The notes under the pieces are model-generated. The model was given only the letters and a program-made list of their open reading frames with translations. It had not been told where the DNA came from and searched no databases. From positions 1 through 14,037 of the forward strand of contig JBCBZT010000098.1 in the NCBI GenBank assembly GCA_039815185.1: DNA of 14,037 nt, in the 5' to 3' direction. Source of the DNA: Cyanobacteria bacterium P01_A01_bin.123. Lineage in GTDB: Bacteria > Cyanobacteriota > Cyanobacteriia > Phormidesmidales > Phormidesmidaceae. Position 1 is the first letter of the stretch. Each line of letters begins with the position of its first letter. The position numbers and the translations under genes were made by a program. Positions 8,983 through 14,037 of the stretch are shown in pieces.

Positions 8983-10065
8983 TCATGGCCGGAAGGGTAA
9001 CCTGAAAATATCGCGGCTGGTGTCGTTGCTGCCGTAGCGCAAAAATCCCCCTGAGACATAAATGTAGCCATCGCGAGCAAAGGCAGCATGGGCATAACGA
9101 GCTTCTGGCAAAGGTGCCAACGCTGTCCAAGGTTCTAAATTGCCGTTTAAGTCGACCGTTGCGGCTTCAACGGTCGAGATCACACCGTCGGTTCCCCCAC
9201 CTGCAATCACGACTAGAGTCCGATCCAATAGTACTGTGGCATGGCGTTGGCGGGCGATTACGGTGCTACGGGGCTCAAACGAGGATAGCTGATTATCGGA
9301 ATCAGCTTCAGCGACCCAAACGTTTTCTGTCAGGCGAGTGGGTCTAAATTCGACTTTCCCCGAGATGGCAAAGATACGGCGATCAATCGTCGTCGCGGTC
9401 ATCCAGCCAATCGGGGTAGGAAAGGAATCAAGCGGTTGAAATTCTCCAAAGGTACCGTCTGGCGCAATCGTAGCCGTAAAGACCGTATCGACGACTGTCG
9501 TCCCCGGACGAAAGGTGTTGCTGCCGCCCATAATGTAGACCTGATCGTCCAGGGCCGTGACGGCATGAATGGTCAGCGGAGCAGGCAGTTGGCCCACTTC
9601 GACCCATTCACTGATGTCGCCTTGGGCACCGGGAACGGCCCGAAAAATGCGATCTGACACTTCACTGCCTTCCCAAAAGCCGTTGTCTCCCCCCAGGACA
9701 TAAAGCGCATCGCCGTGAACCAGCACCGCATGGTGTTGCAGTCTGATCGGTAGGGGAGCAGTTGTCTCTTGCCAATCGTTCAAAGCCTGCTCTGGGGTGA
9801 GGGGGGTAAAGTAAACTTCGGGATGGACACCGTTGGGCTCGTTCCAGCCGCCCACGATATAAACAAAGTCACCCAAGGCCACCATCTGATGTGACTCAAG
9901 GGAGATCGGGAGTTGACCGAATGCTTCCCATTGAGGATTTTGCTGGGTTTGATCGATTGCTTCTTGCTGAGAATTTTGTTGCGGTGTGCAAGCGGTGGTG
10001 ACCGTTATCAACGCTAGTCCAGTTGAGAGGAGCAGGGGTAGAAGGTTGGCCATGGAAAGCTTCAA
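8983..10065 (-). CDS. Kelch-repeat six-bladed beta-propeller, probable lipoprotein
   Basis: Six blades (VYIVGG, LYVLGG, VYIMGG, IFAISG, LVVIAGG, IYVSGG) with downstream Trp in most. Hydrophobic signal ending TTAC, followed by a Q-rich linker. Start is TTG 10065 or ATG 10053. Confidence 0.85.
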   Translation of the reverse strand: MKLSMANLLPLLLSTGLALITVTTACTPQQNSQQEAIDQTQQNPQWEAFGQLPISLESHQMVALGDFVYIVGGWNEPNGVHPEVYFTPLTPEQALNDWQETTAPLPIRLQHHAVLVHGDALYVLGGDNGFWEGSEVSDRIFRAVPGAQGDISEWVEVGQLPAPLTIHAVTALDDQVYIMGGSNTFRPGTTVVDTVFTATIAPDGTFGEFQPLDSFPTPIGWMTATTIDRRIFAISGKVEFRPTRLTENVWVAEADSDNQLSSFEPRSTVIARQRHATVLLDRTLVVIAGGGTDGVISTVEAATVDLNGNLEPWTALAPLPEARYAHAAFARDGYIYVSGGFLRYGSNDTSRDIFRLPFRP

Positions 10066-10075
10066 TATTGGTTGG

Positions 10076-10131
10076 GCCTAACGGCACTCTTCAGTTGACT
10101 TCAAGCAATTAAAGTTTATAAGGCAACTGCG
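10076..10131 (-). mobile_element. Truncated integron attC-like site
   Basis: Minus strand reads gCAGTTGCCTT-N18-AAGTCAACTG-aag-agtgcc-GTTAGGC: a GTTRRRY core 22 nt before the Kelch ATG, an L'-like ACTGAAG, and a 9/10 stem. The R'' end is missing. Confidence 0.45.
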
Positions 10132-10396
10132 ATCGCTGCGCTATGTCGAACCGCTTTATTTAGAGGCCGAACAAAACAGCTTGCTGACGTTGGTGCGGGT
10201 AATCGTCACCTTTCAGAACCGCATTGCCATGGCGGGCACTTTGGAACAGTCACTGAAGGCCATTTCCGGCAGTGATGAAGCGGATACCCTTGAGCAGGCC
10301 CCAACGATTCTACGCAATCTCGACACGCCTAATGATGCTGATGCTTCCAATCCTTTAGAGAATTTGGTGGAACCGTCTGAAGCAGGGGTCGAATAG
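10130..10396 (+). pseudogene. C-terminal fragment of a UPF0182 (COG1615) family membrane protein gene
   Basis: The frame of ORF 10181 extended upstream reads [45 protein letters not shown]. This matches the recalled cyanobacterial UPF0182 C-terminus ([25 protein letters not shown]...NRIxMAxTLE). Intact members are far longer, and there is no start codon for the homologous segment. Confidence 0.8.
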
Positions 10397-10442
10397 GCAA
10401 GAATCTTGTTTGAAAAAATAATCTTAGATGGAGCTAACCCCA

Positions 10443-10631
10443 ATGCCAATTATCACGATTCAACAATCTCCTGGGCGCACTTTAGAACAGCGACGATTGC
10501 TGGTTAAGCGGATTACTGAAGCCTTTCAAGAAGCCTATGGTGTAAAGCCAGAAGCGGTGACCATCTTTTTGGAAGATTATGAGGATGATATGTGGGGAAA
10601 GGCGGGCTTACTACAGACCGATCGGGGTTGA
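10443..10631 (+). CDS. 4-oxalocrotonate tautomerase family protein
   Basis: Start re-called at ATG 10443 (GGAG upstream), giving the catalytic Pro1: PIITIQQSPGRTLEQRR...WGKAG, 62 aa. Confidence 0.9.
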   Translation: MPIITIQQSPGRTLEQRRLLVKRITEAFQEAYGVKPEAVTIFLEDYEDDMWGKAGLLQTDRG

Positions 10632-10680
10632 TGAGTCTTTGCAGGTAGATAAGAGGCAATGAACCACCATCAAACACCCT

Positions 10681-11181
10681 CTAAGGCGCGAACGGAGGTT
10701 CAGTTGCCATAGAGGTCGCCATCGCGATCGCCGCGTCTTCAGAGAAAATCGCTTGGCTATAACTCAAGATATAAAACGAATCATCCTGAATCCACTGCAA
10801 AGATGCCATTCCCTGACGTTCCCAAAAATGGGCTTGAACACCGTCCACCAAAATTACAGATTTCATCGGATTCGCACCGATGAATGGCCAAAGTGGGGGT
10901 GGCTCTGGTTGTGAGATGACAACAAGTGCCGTGCACTCTATATCCTCACAGTCAGGTTCAGTATCGAGGAAAACCATACCTGCTTCAGGCATGATTGACG
11001 GATACAGCACCATATCGGTCGGCACACTAGCCGGGATGCGAAAGGCAGGCAGAACCGGATCGGTTGGAATTTGGTCGAGAATCGGCTCAAACACGGGGGC
11101 AGGCGCTGCCAGTGCTGCAGTCGTTGCCAGTACACTGCTCACACCGAATCCCAAGCTTGTCATGAACTTAAGCGCAGACAT
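10681..11181 (-). CDS. Secreted hypothetical protein
   Basis: Signal peptide ending AALA-APAP, an acidic Pro-rich mature part, and a Cys pair (CEDIEC). Confidence 0.7.
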   Translation of the reverse strand: MSALKFMTSLGFGVSSVLATTAALAAPAPVFEPILDQIPTDPVLPAFRIPASVPTDMVLYPSIMPEAGMVFLDTEPDCEDIECTALVVISQPEPPPLWPFIGANPMKSVILVDGVQAHFWERQGMASLQWIQDDSFYILSYSQAIFSEDAAIAMATSMATEPPFAP

Positions 11182-11239
11182 TTAGTAAACCCTCGTTGAA
11201 AACACAGGTTCAGTCTGCCTTGGGAAACAGCAATACAAC

Positions 11240-11276
11240 CTCACCCATATGGGGGTAAGCGGCTCACCCATATGGG
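11240..11276. promoter_or_regulatory. Tandem palindromic operator-like sites
   Basis: CTCACCCATATGGG occurs exactly at 11240-11253 and 11263-11276. Each copy contains the palindrome CCCATATGGG, about 60-95 nt upstream of the gene starting at 11181. Confidence 0.6.
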
Positions 11277-11358
11277 CTTTTGGATGAACTTGTATGGTTA
11301 ATTCGTTGGGCAAAACAAAGTAGTTTTGCCCCTTAGTCCCCAGAGTTGATTTATTCCC

Positions 11359-11841
11359 TCAGGGGCGATGAGGGATGACTTCTGTATAACGCTCAGGTAA
11401 TAAACTGTGAGCATTCTCTTCGTTCTGATTGTGCTCGATTCTGTTTGAGAACCATTGGAATAGCAAATAAGCAATATATGCGGCCAATACGATACGGAGA
11501 GTTGCGCTGAACAAAGAGTGCTTAATCTTGGCCTTTTCACGACGAGCTGGAAATGGCAAATCTCCGCGCCAATAATTTCCCCAATTTAGACCAAAGTGAT
11601 AAGTCTTATCTTCGGTTTCTATCTTCAGGATATAACCTGGAATAAAGACCATTTGGCGAATCGAGTATAAAACGGCCTCTGTAATGTTCTTATAGTCGAT
11701 ATGCCAGTCACCACATTCCAAGTGGTCATCAAAGATCTTAAGTATGGCTCTCCGCGAAAACATCCAGTTTGGCCCGCGCTTCATCTGATCGCCCTCAGCA
11801 GTTGTTGCTTTGGTTAGACACTTATGGAGAAGTTTTGCCAT
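11359..11841 (-). CDS. Hypothetical protein with C-terminal TM helix
   Basis: ATG preceded by AAGGA. Beta-rich N-terminal part, then hydrophobic IVLAAYIAYLLFQWF. AT-rich. Confidence 0.7.
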   Translation of the reverse strand: MAKLLHKCLTKATTAEGDQMKRGPNWMFSRRAILKIFDDHLECGDWHIDYKNITEAVLYSIRQMVFIPGYILKIETEDKTYHFGLNWGNYWRGDLPFPARREKAKIKHSLFSATLRIVLAAYIAYLLFQWFSNRIEHNQNEENAHSLLPERYTEVIPHRP

Positions 11842-11953
11842 ATCCTTTAGCTGCGTATAATATTGTGATTCAATTGCGATCGATAGAGTGATTACAACAA
11901 CAAAGAGTTTGGATAAGTTTAATTAGTTGGATTGACGTTAAAGCATAACCCCA

Positions 11954-12670
11954 TCAGAGATATTTGGTGCATAACCAACACTCAACATAAACTAAATTTC
12001 CAACCGCTAAGTTCATGAGATTTTCATCTGCAACAACAGCTTCGTAAAGGCTGCTGCCGCATTCCAAAGATAGGCATTGATAGCTGTGGCCTGTCCACGG
12101 ATTTTCCTTCCACTGAATCTGCTGCACCACTCCGAAAAAAGCTGCCCTGGGACTATTGTCCCGACAGTTTTCAAGCGCTGAAAAAGGCCCAAGCGGCACG
12201 AAAAAACCGGGGGCAAATTTTCTATCTGGATATGCTTTTCTGTAAGATTCTACGCTATCCCAATATTCTCCCCGCTCAATAAAGACAGATAAGTTCAGAT
12301 TAATTGACTCACCCATGTCTATTAATCGACGAGCTTGCGGTACATTTCCAAAAGTAACTGCGAGAGGGCAGAGTCGATAACCATTGGAGTCGAGTAGCTC
12401 AACACAAAGCATGTCATAGTAGGGAGAATGGCTTTCGTCCTCAATCCACCTGGTTGCTATGGCTTGAATAACTGTGGATGATGCAAATGATGGAACAACA
12501 CATTGAGCATCAAAGTGAAGCCATAACTCAATTGAACCATCGGTTAGTAAATAGGTCTGCCCCGCGTCAAGATCTTGAAAGTGTCTAGAAGGCGTTTCAT
12601 AGGCTGTCTGTATGACTTCAGCGAGTTCTTCCTGTGAATGAATACCGATAGCCGACCAATGATTACCCAT
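11954..12670 (-). CDS. Hypothetical protein
   Basis: 238-aa ORF with globular composition, AT-rich, no recognised motif. Confidence 0.7.
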   Translation of the reverse strand: MGNHWSAIGIHSQEELAEVIQTAYETPSRHFQDLDAGQTYLLTDGSIELWLHFDAQCVVPSFASSTVIQAIATRWIEDESHSPYYDMLCVELLDSNGYRLCPLAVTFGNVPQARRLIDMGESINLNLSVFIERGEYWDSVESYRKAYPDRKFAPGFFVPLGPFSALENCRDNSPRAAFFGVVQQIQWKENPWTGHSYQCLSLECGSSLYEAVVADENLMNLAVGNLVYVECWLCTKYL

Positions 12671-12736
12671 GTACTTTATCTGGCTTTGCCAGTTTTTTAG
12701 AACAAGCTGCGCTTAGGAAGCTTATCTTCTGGTCAA

Positions 12737-12808
12737 AATATCTACAACGCTAACTACCGTATTCTTGTGAGTAGTGCCTCCGCTTTGGAAATTGAGTTAC
12801 CTGAGCCG
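12737..12808 (+). pseudogene. Probable remnant of a VapC/PIN-domain toxin gene
   Basis: The frame reads NIYNANYRILVSSASALEIELPEP, resembling the recalled VapC segment RILVSSASAWEIAxKxxxGKLPE with W->L and a short deletion. No start codon or N-terminal LLDTH motif. Confidence 0.45.
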
Positions 12809-12958
12809 AACTTGAAAAGTTGCCTATTCTCACCTATGACAAAGCATTTCGTACTGGTCTGATTCAAGTCCTGCCTGCGTAGGACAATTGATGTTACAAC
12901 CAGCGGTTACAAACTACCAGTGTTAGGCTAACAAAGGGCAACACACAAGGATTTTACT

Positions 12959-14037
12959 GTGGCTGACGCAGCCTTCTCTGACGAACATATTTTATTTCAA
13001 CCCGCCGTGCCGGATGCCGATGCTATTCCGGTGATTTTCGCCTTTCCTAACGAATACACCGTTGGTATCACCAGCTTGGGGTATCAAGTCGTGTGGGCCA
13101 CCTTGGCCCAACGCAACGACGTTCGGGTTAGCCGCCTGTTTATCGATTGCCACGAACCTCTGCCCACCGATCCGGCCCTGCTTGGGTTTTCTCTCTCTTG
13201 GGAACTCGACTATGGCAACCTCATGGGTGTGCTCGAATCGTTAGATATTTCCCTGTGGGCCAGCGATCGCACTGCCGATCATCCCCTCGTGTTTGGGGGT
13301 GGCCCGGTGTTGACCGCAAATCCAGAACCCTTTGCAGACTTCTTTGATGTCATTTTGCTAGGAGACGGGGAACGACTGCTAGATGACTTTATCGATGCCT
13401 ATCGAGCCGTTCGCGACTGTGGTCGTATCGCGCAGCTCAAACACCTGGCTCAAGTCCCCGGCATCTACATACCCAGCCTCTACACCGTCACCTACAGCGC
13501 CCCAGATGGCCCGGTTCAGTCAGTGCAGCCCATTGACAGCGGCATTCCCACCACGGTGCAAAAGCAAACCTATCGGGGCAATGTGCTTTCTGCATCTACG
13601 GTGGTCACCGAAAAAGCGGCTTGGGAAAGCATCTATATGGTGGAGGTGGTGCGGAGCTGCCCGGAGATGTGTCGATTTTGTCTGGCCAGCTATCTGACGT
13701 TGCCTTTTCGTACGGCCAGCGTTGAAGCCTCGCTAATTCCTGCTATCGAACGGGGTTTACAGGTGACCAATCGTTTGGGTTTGCTCGGCGCATCGGTCAC
13801 CCAACACCCCGAATTTGAAACCCTATTGGACTATCTCAATCGGCCTGCCTACGACGACGTGCGGGTCAGCATTGCCTCCGTGCGCACCAACACCGTCAAT
13901 CGCAAACTGGCAGAAACCCTCGTAAAGCATCAAACCCGCTCTATCACCATCGCCGTAGAAAGCGGGTCTGAGCAAGTACGGCGCATCGTTAATAAAAAGC
14001 TGACGAATGACGAAATTATCGAAGCCGCTGTTCAAGC
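12959..14037 (+). CDS. Radical SAM protein with B12-binding-like N-terminal domain (COG1032 / TIGR03960-related), 3' truncated by the window
   Basis: GTG start after AAGGA; MADAAFSDEH...FAFPNEYTVGITSLGYQ...FSLSWELDY...GGGPVLTANPEP...GDGE. CxxxCxxC motif CPEMCRFC at 13658-13681, then AVESGSE. The frame is open to the window end. Confidence 0.92.
   Translation, partial: MADAAFSDEHILFQPAVPDADAIPVIFAFPNEYTVGITSLGYQVVWATLAQRNDVRVSRLFIDCHEPLPTDPALLGFSLSWELDYGNLMGVLESLDISLWASDRTADHPLVFGGGPVLTANPEPFADFFDVILLGDGERLLDDFIDAYRAVRDCGRIAQLKHLAQVPGIYIPSLYTVTYSAPDGPVQSVQPIDSGIPTTVQKQTYRGNVLSASTVVTEKAAWESIYMVEVVRSCPEMCRFCLASYLTLPFRTASVEASLIPAIERGLQVTNRLGLLGASVTQHPEFETLLDYLNRPAYDDVRVSIASVRTNTVNRKLAETLVKHQTRSITIAVESGSEQVRRIVNKKLTNDEIIEAAVQ

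Larger units (their letters stand above)
941..13270. repeat. Dispersed HIP1 octamers (GCGATCGC)
   Basis: Seen by eye at 941, 1194, 2653, 4372, 5516, 5670, 6250, 7424, 10129, 10724 and 13263. Confidence 0.9.

Noticed and set aside
10181..10396. 71-aa ORF as an independent small gene
   Set aside because: Homology begins 17 codons upstream of its TTG, so it is better explained as a UPF0182 fragment.
11240..11276. Mini-CRISPR reading of the 14-bp repeat
   Set aside because: Only two short copies, a 9-bp spacer and no cas genes.
11850..11877. dif/pdif-like site (GCTGCGTATAA resembles a XerC arm)
   Set aside because: The sequence after the 6-bp spacer (GATTCAATTGC) does not resemble the XerD arm TTATGTTAAAT.
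12893..12912. GTTACAA direct repeat as an RpaB HLR1 site
   Set aside because: The period is 13 bp, whereas HLR1 needs 10 bp.
12921..12933. TGTTAG-G-CTAACA palindrome containing GTTAGGC
   Set aside because: Only 6-bp arms and no attC stem; it may be a promoter element but cannot be supported.
13062..14035. Four short ORFs listed in the track
   Set aside because: All lie within the radical SAM gene in other frames or on the opposite strand.

Overview
Cyanobacterial chromosomal window, judged from about 11 HIP1 octamers (GCGATCGC), a CAAAATC heptamer repeat and cyanobacteria-type protein families. The left part (248-7629) looks like backbone: a DUF1400 alpha/beta hydrolase, truB and an HTH/GrpE-like fusion on +, converging on a membrane-anchored CapA-family protein, a MOSC protein and a TPR protein on -. 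A ~750 bp motif-rich intergenic region follows, with a candidate NtcA box. Next comes a ~4.5 kb HIP1-poor accessory patchwork (8384-12850): an HD hydrolase, a Kelch lipoprotein, a tautomerase, three hypothetical genes and two gene remnants, a UPF0182 C-terminal fragment (only partly covered by the ORF track) and a probable VapC/PIN fragment (absent from it). The window ends in a radical SAM gene (12959->end) missing from the ORF track. The most notable signal is at 10076-10136, where an integron attC-like half-site in front of the Kelch gene is cut exactly at a HIP1 site, and the UPF0182 fragment begins at that same site. No integrase, transposase, CRISPR array, tRNA or rRNA was seen, and no complete novel system can be established from the sequence alone. 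Family assignments come from recalled motifs, not database searches.
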